64,000 nt of DNA, from contig CM075978.1 in the NCBI GenBank assembly GCA_038087875.1, positions 180,110,001 to 180,174,000 on the forward strand. The letters run 5' to 3'. The notes beneath the pieces are model-generated. The model saw only the letters and a program-made list of their open reading frames with translations, had not been told where the DNA came from and did no database searches. Below, piece by piece: positions 25,990-38,260 of this stretch. A program made the translations under genes and the position numbers. This stretch comes from Malacoraja senta (taxonomy: Eukaryota). Each line of letters begins with the position of its first letter. The stretch's first letter is position 1.

Positions 25990-26870
25990 TTTACTTTTGT
26001 GTCTGAGCCAGCATGATCTTCATTACAATCCAAATATTCAAATAATTGCACCATATTTACAGGTTAGTAATTTTGCAGAGAACACCAAAATTAAAGGCTG
26101 TCAAAGCATTGACTGAGATATGGATTAGTAATTGAAATGGATGGAGAAAGAGTAGATGGAATTTAATCTGTGAGATGTTGTGCTTTGGGAGGTAAGGGGA
26201 AAATATAAAGTTAATGGCATGACCCTTAACAGCATTTATGGGGAACAAGTCCACAGCTCCCTGAAAGTTACAACACAAGTAGACAGAGTGGTGAAGAAGG
26301 CACTGGGTTGCTTACCATTCGGGCAGGACATTGAATATAAAAGTCAAGAGGTTATCTTGTAGTTTTATAAGTCCTTAGTTGGGCTATACTTGGAGTATTG
26401 TGTGCAATTTGATTGAAAGACATGGAGTCTTTGGAGAGGGTCCAGAAAGGGCGTACCGGAATACTGCCTTGATTAGAGGGTATTAGCTGAAGGTGAGGTT
26501 GGACAAACTTGGATTATTTACTCTGGAATGTCACATATATATATATATGAGGATCATATATAAGATAGACAGTCTGAACCTTTTTCCCATGGTGGATATG
26601 TCAAAGACTGGAGGCCACAAGAGAGGTGAGAGGAGCTAAGTTTAAAGGGGATGTGTTGGGCAAGATTTGTTACTCAGGGACTGATGGGTGCGATGGAGAC
26701 ATACAAAAGTAAAGTTTAAGAGGTTTTCGGAGTGGATATGCAGGGAATAGAGGGATATGGATCGTGTATAGGCATAGGAGATTAGTTTGATTTGCAATCA
26801 TTTTCGCTACTGATATTGCGGGTTGAAAGGCATGTTTCTTTGCTGTACCGTTTTATTTTCTAAATCTCTC
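25990..26870 (+). mobile_element. Old CR1 LINE 3' fragment
   Basis: QVDRVVKKA..GQDIEYKSQEVIL; ends with a SINE/LINE-type tail. Confidence 0.7.
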
Positions 26871-27954
26871 CATGGCCTCACACCTTATCTCTACGTCGAA
26901 CTTCATACCCACAGCCTTATTGCTCTCATCGCATCCTGAATGCCCCCTATTTTCATATCGCTGCCACGAGGTGAAAATGCCACACCTTAACTCTGAAATT
27001 TGTTCTCAAATTATCTCGTCCAAAAACTAATTGGAATCCAATTTTTGTTTAGACAATCAGTCACGTTACTTAATATTAATGGGATTAAAAATTGTTCATC
27101 ATATTCCTATGAAACACCACCGAGGGGATTTGAGAACACAAAAAGCTCTGGATACATGAAAATTGATGTCGTATGTATTTTGGGGGAACATAAAGCAGTT
27201 TTACGACTATATTTAAATGCGTGAAGGTTCATTCCTGCAGATACTGGAATCTGGCGCAAAGAAAATAAAAAAATCTGCGGGAGGCTCTCAGCAGATCAGG
27301 CAGCATCTCTGGAGGGAAATGATGAGTCGAGGTGTCGGATCGGGACCCTTCAACCAGCTATTCTTTCAGTCCTAATGAAGGGTCTTGAACCGAAACATGG
27401 GCCTGCGCATATTTAAATATAGACATATTTATTGCTCTACGCTTCCCACAAATACACGCAGCATGCCTGCTTATTTGCCTCGATTTAAGGTTTACTCGGT
27501 TCCTTTTCAAAGGTATTTTTATATTTTGTTCCATTGTGATGGAGGGTCACGTCGTCTTGAAAGAGAGAACTACTTTAGATTTCGCTCGAATAGTATTACC
27601 ATTGGCTAAGTACGAACTTTTGCAACATGTCTCGAAAAAGATTGAACCAAGGTTATTTTTCTCTTTAACAAACAGACATACCGCAAACATATTTGGATTT
27701 CGATTCACTAGTAAGAGACAGCGTGAGAAGAAAATTTCAGCTGCCAGCCTGCTGATGACGTCGTGAAATGTTTCCGTGGCTCACGGGCACTGGCTGCTAG
27801 AGGTTAAATTGAAACGTAAGAGGAGTAATTTACGAAAAAATAAATCAGCGGATCAGGGAGTATCTATCGAATGGATTGAACAGTCGACTGTCTATTCCCC
27901 GCCAGTTTTGCTGCTTGGTCCATTGAAATCCCGCAGCAGTCTTTTTTTTTTTTT

Positions 27955-28185
27955 CACTGTATTCTCCCTGTGACTTCGTGGGTTTTCCCTGGGTGCTCCG
28001 ATTTGTCTTCACATTCCCACACTCCCACAAGACGTACAGACTTGTAGGTTAATTGGCTTCAGTAAAGATTGTAAATTGTCCCTAGTGTGCGGGACAGTGC
28101 GGGGTGTACGGAGTGATCGCTGCTCGGCGCGGACTCTATGGGCTGAAAGACCAGTTTGCGCGTTGCGTCACTAAACTAAACTAAT
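27955..28185 (+). mobile_element. HE1-like SINE (headless)
   Basis: Central V-SINE domain and aaactaaacta tail. Confidence 0.75.
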
Positions 28186-28659
28186 CTCTACCTGAGCATG
28201 TGATTACCAAATGGATAAAGGAAACTTTCAATAAAGTTCACGGCAGGTGACATAATGGGAGAGTCTGCGCGCCATTGATGGGAATGAGAGAGCATAAAAT
28301 GCGTTAAAGTAGCGTTGGCCAGAAATGGCGGCAGTACCTCCAGCACTTTGTGCTTTAGTGTCAATGTGGGTATATTTCCGTGCTGTACCTGTCTATGACT
28401 CTGTGACCCTGATTGCTAAAGTAAACATGTTAGTTTCGCTTGAAGGGAAATTTGAAAAAGATAGAACGCTCTGGCAGACGTATTCCCGTTGCGCTACCTT
28501 TCAAGGGTAGTGACATGGTCTTGAGTCCCTTTCCTCAAGTAATTAATCGGAATAAAGTCAGGCATATTATTCCAAAAGTAATGATATTTAGAAATTGAAA
28601 TGAATACTTGTAAAGATTGAACGAATATCAAGCAACGTTCAGGAAGATAGCTGACTGAT

Positions 28660-29875
28660 CATAGAAACATAGAAAATAGGTGCAGGGGTAGGCCATTCGG
28701 CCCATAGAGTCAACACCGTCATTCAATATGATCATGCCTGATCATCCAAAATCAGTACCCCGTCCCGGGTTTTTCCCCATATCCCTTGATTCCCCTGGCG
28801 CTAAGAGCTAAATCTAACTCTCTCTTGAAAACGTCCAGTGAATTGGCCTCCATTGCCTTCTGTGGCAGAGAATTCCACAGGTTCACAACTCGCTGGGTGA
28901 AAAAGTGTTTCCTCATCTCAGTCCTAAATGACCTACTCCTTATTCTTAAACTGTGACCCCCTGGTTCTGGACTCCCCCAACATCGGGCAAACATTTCCTG
29001 CATCTACCCTGTCCAATCCTCTAAGAATTTTATATGTTTCTATAAGATCCACTCTCATTCTTCTAAATTCCAGCGAATGCAAGCCCAGTCGACCCATTCT
29101 TTCATCATATGTCAGTCCCGCCATCCCGGGAATTAACCTGGTGAACCTACGCTGCAGGAATTAACCTGGTGAACCTAAGGCGAACTGGTCTATAATTCCC
29201 CGTTTTCTCTCTTCCCCCTTTCTTAAAAAGTGGAGTTACATTGGCTACACTCCAGTCCACAGGTACTGATCAAGAGTCGAGAGAACATTGGAAAATTATC
29301 ACCAACGCATCCACGATTTCTAGGGCCACGTCCTTGAGTACTCTGGGATACAGACCATCTGGCCCTGGGGATGTATCTGCCTTCAGTCCAAACAGAATAC
29401 CTAACACCATTTTCTGACTGATGTAGAATCCCTTCAGTTCCTCCCTCCGATTAGATCCTCAGTCCCCTAGTATTTCTGGGAGATTGTTTGTGTCTTCCTT
29501 AGTGAAGATAGAACCAAAGTGCTCGTTTAACGGTTCTGCCCTTTCCTTGTTTTCCATTCTAAATTCACCTGTCTCTGAGTGTTAGGGACCTACATTCGTC
29601 TTCAATAATCTTTTCCTTTTTACATACCTAAAAAAACGTTTCGACATTTTGTATATGCCCCGCAAGCTTTCTTTCATGCACATCCCCCCCCCTCTTAATT
29701 AACCCCCTTGTCCTCCTCGGTTGAGTTCTAAATTTAGCCCAGTCCTCTGGTTTGCCGCTTCTTCTGGCCAATTTATATGCATCTTCCTTGGCTTTATCAC
29801 TATCCTTGACTTCCCTCGTCAACCACGGTTGAGCCGCCTTCGCAGTTTTATTTTTTCGCCAGACAGGGATGAACA
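28660..29875 (-). mobile_element. CR1 LINE, 3' end plus internal piece
   Basis: GLHSLEFRRMRVDLIETYK, HSLRIR..FFTQRVVNLWNSLP; tail (ctatgttt) at about 28662. Confidence 0.85.
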
Positions 29876-31499
29876 ATTTCTGGAGTTCATCCATGCGGTC
29901 TTTAAATCTTATTGCAGCAGTCTCCAGGAAATCAATGCACTACACATGATGCTGTTCCTTCATGGTTAGCCTTCACGCGAAGATCGTGAGTTGTATAATT
30001 TACAATGATGTGCAATTATTGCTTTGGCAGTCCGATTCTCCAAAGTTCTCTTGAGTCGTGATGCACACAATATTTTATATTTAGTTTCATTTTCCAGGTT
30101 TTTTAATTTAACAATTTCAGTTTTTCTTTTGTTCTCAGCGTTGTATTGATCCAATGTTTGGGTTCTATTCAGTAATCTATTGGTAAATTCAGTAACGTCA
30201 AATGTAACTCAGTTTTATTCCGCTCAACATTTCAGTTCAGGTTTATTTCAGTAGCAGAAGCATTGCAACCATTGCTAAACTCACTCAGGGTTCATTCAAC
30301 GCTGGCATTAAATTATCATCGGAGACAACGGACTCAACTATAAGAGCAAAAGTCTGGCAAATTTCTGAACTTCAGTAATAAATGAAGGTTATAAAAATAA
30401 CTCAGCCGACACTGAAGGAATCAAACTTTTATTACAGATTCTCGGGAATGCAATTCGAAATAAGTAGATCTGCTCTCATGTCCATGTAACTGAAGATGGA
30501 ACAGAAAGGATATATTAACCCCAATGACCACATTTCACTGATCGTAGAGGGAAGGAACATTTCAGTGCAAACGATCTTTACAAAATATGAAAGGGGATGG
30601 AGTTACCGGCAGAACTGTCATTGTTACTTCACAAATGTTTTAAGTTGATAGAGCATACGAGATTGCTCTCAAAGTCACACCCGATCCTTTATTTATAGAG
30701 AACTAAATTATGTTAAGCCTTTCCTGGTTAGGCCTCTGCTGAAATGTCGTTTTCCAATCTGACAGTTGCACATTAGAAAAGTGAGAGAGTGTGGAGAGCG
30801 AACGTAAAAGGAGGTGGTGAAATAATTCTGGTAAGTGAAGAAATTGGATAATCAAGTGTTTTTCTCCTTAAACACAAGAATAATAAAGAAAAGTATTTTC
30901 AGTTATGAATAATAAGGATAGATGGGTGACATCCTTTCTGGTGTAACGGTCAGACGTGCCATCCCCCACTATTACCAAAGAATTGCACAAGGAAAATGCT
31001 ACTGATTGATTTTCACCTCCTGTTGCAAATGACCTAACGGGCTCGGGCCGACATCGGGCAAAAAACGTGCAATAGACTGAATTTTGAATGTGTCTCGCTT
31101 TTATTCAAACACTTTTTGTTATTGTGCTATAGCGTTGGTGATTCTGGACAGTTTTACTTCGCAGTTTTGTTGCTATTCGAAATAGCCCTTTAGAATCCAC
31201 CGAGCAATAACATTAACATTGGACTCAGCAGATCTGAACTGGAGAATAATAAAATGTCTTTCTCCAGCCACTTCAAGCCATTTTTTATGGAAGTTGGGGG
31301 AAATTGGAAGTGCTCTAAGTCACAAGTGTCCGTGATTAATATTTGGCAGCGCTCGCTGTTCGTGTACCTGAACAACAATTATCTCTTGTATGAAGGGTGG
31401 AAAAAAGTTCACGCCAATGATCAAAACGGTGAATTCAGAATCAGGAAATGTGGAAGTTGTTTGATAAAGGATGTAAATGTAGATCACTTAAAAGCAATC

Positions 31500-31655
31500 A
31501 ACCCGGAAGTGGCGGGGGGAGCATTGTATCTCAGATAAACACTAACCTACACAAAGCTCCGTTAATCATGTGATACCGGACGTCAGGATCATATGTTCCA
31601 TACAAGTACTCAAGAGATCCTATTTACTAGACAAACTTGCAAAGAAACCACATTC
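31500..31655 (+). promoter_or_regulatory. Candidate promoter of gene 1: ETS site, GC box, RUNX site
   Basis: CCGGAAGTG 31503-31511 followed directly by GGCGGG; AACCACA 31646-31652, about 40 bp upstream of the ATG. Confidence 0.45.
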
Positions 31656-31689
31656 ATTTACAACGAGTGGACAAGCCACTTTTCCTAAT

Positions 31690-34600
31690 ATGTTGGCGAA
31701 ATTTCCTGTACGGTACATGGCGTTATGCGGTATAATTTGGCATGGTGAGTTTAGATATTTGTGTTGTTCCTGAATTGCAATTCATATTTTACATTTTTCC
31801 TGTTCACATCCGGCAGATATAGCAAAAATGCCCCTTCTATTTGGGTGCCCTTCCATGATTGTTTTGTATTAATTTGCTATTCTTTTCCTTATCCAGTATA
31901 TGCAACTAATTTCTTACTTAATTTTCGGCAGTTGTGGAAGTATCTTCGAGCTCAGTGTATCAATTTCCTAATGATGCAGATGTCCCCATCGGTGCAAACT
32001 TTACCATGTTCTGCAAATTTCCCATATCGCAAGATACTATTTCCGTTTTTTGGTGGAGAGAAGGCATGAGAACATCATTGGAACCAGATACGAGAAAACA
32101 ATTTCATGTAGGTAGCGGAAGGGGAACATTTGTTCTCCATAATGTCAATGTTGCAGACTCGGGAATATATTACTGTCAAGCAAAGTACCAGAATCAACAC
32201 ATCGGGAATGGAAGTGGCTGTCAGCAGACTGTGTTCGGTGAGTGTACATGTTCGAAAATTAATAGATTTTCAGTTCTCTGTCATTTACATAGAAATGCGT
32301 CATTTATAAAATGTTCCAACTAGATAAAATCCCGGTGCTAATAAATCCCAAGTAAGATACTGGAATGGACGACTTGAACTGCGTCTTGAACTGAAATGAA
32401 TAGCTGTGGTGGAAAGTCAGTTTTCCTTTCACAGAGGAAAGAAATGGAGAACAATTTTAGCAACTTTCCCCTAGATTAGGTCTTGTACGCAACATTAAAG
32501 ATATTCCACTTCAGCGTACAGCTGCTTCCCGTGTTCATTCATTGCCCAGTTATCTTTCTGATGCTTCGATATCCAAATCTTATATTTGACTCGACGCATG
32601 AACGTTTTGCAGCAGTAGCATTGAACTCTGAACATTCCCATAGTGAAGTATGCACCATTGAAAATCTCCATCCCAAGATCTGAAAAAACAATTGACCAAT
32701 CAATTGTGAGCACCGAAATGTAATCAATGCATGTAACTACACCCTAACAATGCACGTAACCGCCCGACTCGAGAAATCTGTAACATCTCTACTTTAATAC
32801 CATTCTTTTCAATAAAGGAAATACCGATAAAGTCCCAAGCGTTAAAGTTAACATAGAAAGCCAGTCATTTCCATTCAGAACATTGACACCTTTCTCCCAT
32901 ATTACCCAAATATTAACCCTCCTGGTATAATGTCTAAAATCGCTCAGTTTTTATATCCAGTGTTCAAAAAAATCCATGGTTAACCAACGTAATATATAAT
33001 TATAATATAGTTCACTGAAGTGTAATGGAAACATGCAATATCACTTTTTTTTTCTGCTTAAGATTCCCCAACTCCTTTGAAAATTGTTTCACTTGAAGAG
33101 AGTTTGGCTGCTGCAAAACTCGTGTGTAAAACAGATGCGTTTTATCCAGAGACATTAGAAATCTTCTGGAGAAAAAATAATGTGGAGATTCTAACCGGCA
33201 TTGAAACCGTGACATACAGGAATGCGGACCGATTGTATGAAGCTTCCAGCTTTTTGGAAATAGCGCAGCCTGCCCGGGGTCAAGATGTGTACACCTGTTT
33301 AGTATCGCATATCTCACTTAAGGTACCGGCCAGTTTCACCTACATCGTCGAACCAGGTAAGACTGGGAATATTTGCAGTTGAGAATGAGTTAGTAGCTGA
33401 TCAGAATAGCGGATTATAGGGAGAAAGAGTTAAGGTGAATCATTTTTACACCAACGCTTCAATGTACCAGCATTAATCATCCCAATGGGCAGATGATTAA
33501 TTGCTTGCACAATGACGACCTTAAGACAATTTTAAAAGAAGAAACGTGAAGTAGAATAATAGAATGCCGCACTTTAATGCGTGGGAGATAATTGCATTGG
33601 GAGGAAATCGATTGGAAAACGATAAAGGGCATTTCATAGAAGTCGAAAATGCTGGAGCAACTCAGCGGGCGAGGCAGCATTCATGGAGAGAAGGAACGGG
33701 TCAAGTCAAGTCATGTCCACATTATTTGTCACATACACATACAAGATGTACAGTGAAATGAAAGTGACAATGCCTGCGGGATTGTGCAAAACAACAGAAC
33801 AACAGAACAGTACAGAACCAGTATTTACATTTAATAAAAAAAGACACAACAGCAATTACTCCCTGGTGAGATCAGAGTTTACAGTCCTGATGGCCTGTGG
33901 GAAGAAACTCCGCCTCGGGTCGAGACCCTTTCATAGATGTCGCACGGACGAACGAGTTAGTAGACATAAGGAGCAAGAAAGTCAGGCAGTGATATGAGAA
34001 CAAATTACAAATTTGAAAATCAAATTAATACGGAATAAACATGACAAAAAAACAATGATTTGATAGGTAATGGGATTTGTTCTCGGACTTGCGATGTGTT
34101 TTGCGAGACCTCGCGTTTATGCTGCGTAGATTAAGAGGATCTGCGTAGATCAGGAATAGCCAGGTCTCTGGGTGGCAAATGCCAGAATGAAGGACTTGGA
34201 GGAAGCAAGATAAAGTGGGTGGCATGGAGTCCATCAATGTTACCGAAATGTAAATGTTATTGAAGGCATTCACGTGTGGTCCAAAAGTGTCATCAGAACA
34301 GAATTTGTGGCAAGGAAGAGAAATAATTGCGTTGAATCTCACGAACTATAATTGGAGAAATATCTGCTCCTCATACTTCTATAGACGTAGACGTAGACGT
34401 ACATGCGCGCAGACGTAGAGTTGCAGCTTTACAGCGCTTGCAGCGCCGGAGACCCCCGGTTCGACCCCTACTACGGGTGCCGTCTGTACGGAGTTTGTAC
34501 GTTCTCCCCGTGACCGCGTGGATTTTTGTCTGAGATCTACGGTTTCCTCCCACACTCCAAAGACGTACAGGTTTGTCGGTTAATTGGCTTGATATAAATG

Positions 34601-35776
34601 TAAATTGTCCCTAGTGTGTGTACGATAGTGTTAATGTGCGGGTTCACTGGTGGGTGCGGACTCGGTGGGCCTTTTTCCGCACTGTGTCTCTGAACTAAAC
34701 TAAAGACATATTTGGTGCTGAAGGGTGAGATGATATGCTCGGAGTGGGATGTCGATGCCATACAGACAAATAAACTGTTAAAAGTCAGTGCCTGTTTTGA
34801 GTAGAACCATAGAAAAGAAGAGAGAATAGAAAATAAGTATTTCATTCAAAATTGAGATGATAGATTGTGTAAGAAGGAATTACGACGTGCTTATACAAAA
34901 CCGTAAAATTTACATGCGGGTATTGCTACGAGGGTGAGTGCTACGAGGGTGAATGCAATAGCAAGAACATTATATGGCAATTCCATAGCGGATTTGTTGG
35001 ACAGCTCCAGTGGAATATGCAGTGGTGCCCTGAATGAATTGGTTCTCGTGCAAGTTATCTAACATTGAATTAGCTGATAGTTTTCCAGATGAATGGGCCA
35101 TTTCCACTGAAATTATTGAGTGGATTGAGTCTAAAGTCATGTAGTCAGATAAAATAGTCATAATCTTGCTGATCCAGATAGGATTCCAAGAGAGATACCT
35201 ATAGATGTATTGATATGGGAGAGATATTCATTCTTATCGATTATTGTTTGGTCAGGCCCTCTAATATCTAATAATACGTTGACTGGTGTCAATTTTATAT
35301 GTTAAATGTATAATGGTCTTCTGACCTGCCTTGGGCTATCTTCTTGTGCTAACCGCTCTCTGCAAAACGTGTTAAGGCAAATATTCAGTATTCAACCAGA
35401 AATATAGAAGGTTGATTTCCATTATCTGGTGTGGCATTGTAATAGAAAAGCAAACGTTTTTCATCGAAATGGCTGACCTTCGTGGAAGCAGCCATTTTGG
35501 AATTGGATTTGCTTTTCTTCACAAATCCCATCTTGAACGTGCAATTGGTATTGTTTGTATATTTTATGTGCTGTGTGGATTTAAAGACATCTTTGAAATG
35601 CTCTACCTCGTGCGCTATTTATGAACGTACTTACATATGCATATTTTTTACATTTTAATATTTTGTTCTTGTAGATCCCAATTCCATTATCTTGATTCTC
35701 ACGTGTGCGCAGGGCGGATTGGCAATTATAGCTCTGTTAATAATTTTTGCAGAACTAGTGTACAAGCCATTAAATG
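31690..35776 (+). CDS. IgSF receptor gene 1: leader, V(J-like), C1-set, TM (NKp30-like V plus B7-H6/tapasin/antigen-receptor-like C1); cytoplasmic exons uncertain, possibly to 39963
   Basis: Phase-1 exons 31690-31744 (MLAKFPVRYMALCGIIWH), 31932-32237 (V: FC..WWR..DSGIYYC..IGNGSG), 33063-33356 (C1: LVCKTDAFYP..W..YTCLVSH) and 35675-35776 (TM IILILTCAQGGLAIIALLIIFA) splice in frame with no stops. Confidence 0.9.
31932..32237 (+). CDS. Gene 1 Ig V-type exon with J-like G strand
   Basis: ggcag acceptor, G|GTGAGT donor; B-strand Cys, C-strand Trp, DxGxYxC, GNGSG. Confidence 0.93.
33063..33356 (+). CDS. Gene 1 Ig C1-set exon
   Basis: CxxxxFYP, W, YxCxVxH C1 signature; G|GTAAGA donor. Confidence 0.93.
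33645..33940 (-). mobile_element. Penelope pLTR fragment interrupted by a LINE 3' end
   Basis: pLTR halves ...gagaaggaacggg (33710) and gggtcgagacccttt (33917) flank a segment starting tcaagtcaagtca. Confidence 0.55.
34418..34703 (+). mobile_element. HE1-like V-SINE in gene 1 C1-TM intron
   Basis: gtagagttgcagc..ggttcgacc tRNA head, central domain, gaactaaactaaa tail. Confidence 0.85.
35675..35776 (+). CDS. Gene 1 transmembrane exon
   Basis: ttgttcttgtag acceptor, hydrophobic run of about 22 aa, G|GTAAGA donor, phase 1/1. Confidence 0.8.
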
Positions 35777-37899
35777 GTAAGAGCGCAGCCTATTTCAACA
35801 AGAGTTTATATTTGTAAATTCGAAAATTAACATAGTGATCATTAAGAAAGATACGAGATTTTCAAAGGTCTATCTGATTGCTAATTCATTATGAAATTTA
35901 AACTATAACTTGTAGTGAAAACATTTCGCCTCGCCATTCGAATTATTCACCAATCTATCGCACATCAAGATAGCAATTTTACCTGAAATTAATCATCTTT
36001 TACACTTTGTAGATATGAATTCATCAAACAGCATAAAATAATAATTTAGAGCTTGAGTTTCTCTAATGATTTGTAACAGTTGTTAACATTGATCCGTTTG
36101 ATCTTGATTTTAATTGGAATTGTGAGAGATAACCCGGCTAATGATACGCTATCGTCTTTACGCAATTTGGTTCACGTCAAGATCCATTAAATTGAGGGTA
36201 GTATAGTCAATGAACAGGAGAGTGTAATGCACTGGAAAATATATGGCATCATTTTGACTTCTAAACATCTCCAGACAGACCTGTGCCTTATGTAAGGCAC
36301 ACTTGAGAAAATAAATGTAATTAGTATCAAAGGAGTAAGTTACTTTTAACTGATCATATTTATTCGATGTGATTTGCTTTTCTGTTTCCAAGGCGTTATT
36401 AGAAATTACGTGGAAGCAAATCGAGTGAAAAACGGGTAAGCATAAAATTCAATTTATATTCATGTTTGAATAAATGAATGGAGTCGTAGCCGAAGTATTA
36501 GATTCAGCAATTAAAACATATGTAATTTATCTTCTAAATATCGTAGGACATTATATAGAAGGAAAATACTCTGTCTGTGGCAACGCCTCTGTTGACGTAT
36601 GTATCATCTGGTCAATTCAAATTTCCCTTTCAAACTTATTGCATAGTACTTTCAGTCATATACTCCATATCAGAAACGTTAAGCGCATGCGTAAAAAAAT
36701 GCGGCATATAGAGTATTAAGTGGAGACATATATGGTTATTTACTTTGGCGAGAAGAATCAAAAAGTAATTAGGTAGCGATAAACTAATAAATATAAGTGT
36801 GTAGAGTGATCCCGAATGCTAGAGAAAGAACATACGAGATTTTTATTTGCTACAAGAAGAACAACTGTTTTACACTGCCCTTGAACATACGGGATTTCGT
36901 AAAGTTGCTGTTATTCTGCCCTAATTTGAGCGGAGTACATCAACTAAGACCCCAATTAGTAACATAAACATTGGTATTAATTCCTTGTTTCTGCACGCTG
37001 CGCCTTTACTTATGACTAGTCAAATCGGTTGTACTTCCTGTTTCAATCCTTATCTGGATTGTTCCCTGTCAAATCAAGCAGATTAGCATAACCCAGGACA
37101 CTATGTCCCTGTATCTAGTTCCTTAGCTAAATCAAGTTGGAATAGTACTTTATGTTTCTCAATGGCTGCTGCGTCTGGAAGTCAGAAGAAAGGAGTGGCC
37201 AAGGGCCACAGGTTCTGATTGCGAGCTAGGGGTGGACGTGAATACCTCGAAGAGGCATGAGAACAAGTGATATTCTCTGGAACACTATTAGTTATTCTGT
37301 TTGCCAGGCATGTTTAAGAATAGAATAGTGGAAGTTGCATCCTTGACAAGGCCTGCAAGGGGCCTGCTTCAAGCTCAATCCAATTCATAATTGCAGTTAA
37401 AAATTTGCAGCTAACCGTATCAGATCCGCATAATCAGGAATATTATGTGCATTTATCCAACTAGGTCGATAAGCAGCAGCATTTTAAGTACTTTTCTTTT
37501 ACACATTTTCTGGATGAAGGCCTTACTGGTAGGGCCACCGCGTAATATCCCGCCATAATTGCAAAGAAAATGGGGTGCCTTCTTGAAAGGCTGAATATGA
37601 AAGTCACTTATTAGCCGAGATCGAAATGCTGTTCAAGTTTCGTTTAGTTTAGTTTATTGTCACGTGTACTGAGGTACAGTGAAAAGCTTTTGTTGCATGC
37701 TCACCAGTCAGCAGAAAGACAATACATGATTACAATCGATCAATTTGCAGTGCATAGATACATGATAAGGGAATAACGTTTAGTACAAGGTAAACCCAGC
37801 AAATCCGCTCAGCAGATCCGCAAACCAGACAAGGATAGTCTGGGGCGTGGGTACGGCGTGCTGTGTCTGCTGAAACATTCCAAATGGAACAGAGCTTTG

Positions 37900-38260
37900 T
37901 GCAATCATCATCTAACATCCCCAGTTGTGACCTTAGCATGGCAGTAAAATGTTTTGATAAAGGAGCTGAAGATGGCTGGCCATAGGATATTGCATTGGAG
38001 AACATCGAAGGAGATGTCCCAGGCTGGGAACTCCAACAACCACAACCATATTTTCTCCTGAAAGAGGTAAACTCTAACTATCGATTGTTCACTTTGATGC
38101 CCAGTGAATTCCATTTTTCTGGGGCTCCCTATTTTCACAGTTAGTCAAATGCTGCCTTAAAGTAAAGGGTGCTTGGAACAGTAATTTTGCATGTGAGGTA
38201 TTTGTGCCTGACCACCAGTTTGAATACTTGAGGTAAGTTCCAACCTTGGATATGCCCATG
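37900..38260 (-). mobile_element. Old CR1/L2-like RT fragment
   Basis: Reverse complement resembles ggttgtggttgttgga..cccagcctgggacatc..cagccatcttcagct RT region. Confidence 0.45.

Noticed and set aside
28325-28510. MAAVPP... as a NUDT21 start (MSVVPP...)
   Set aside because: No similarity beyond VPP and no further NUDT21 exons seen.
29128-29177. Direct duplication ggaattaacctggtgaaccta
   Set aside because: Ordinary microduplication at a deletion junction within a CR1 fragment.
29966-30154. LKNLENETKYKI as a fibronectin-III-like exon
   Set aside because: Only a short motif resemblance, with no convincing splice sites or partner exons.
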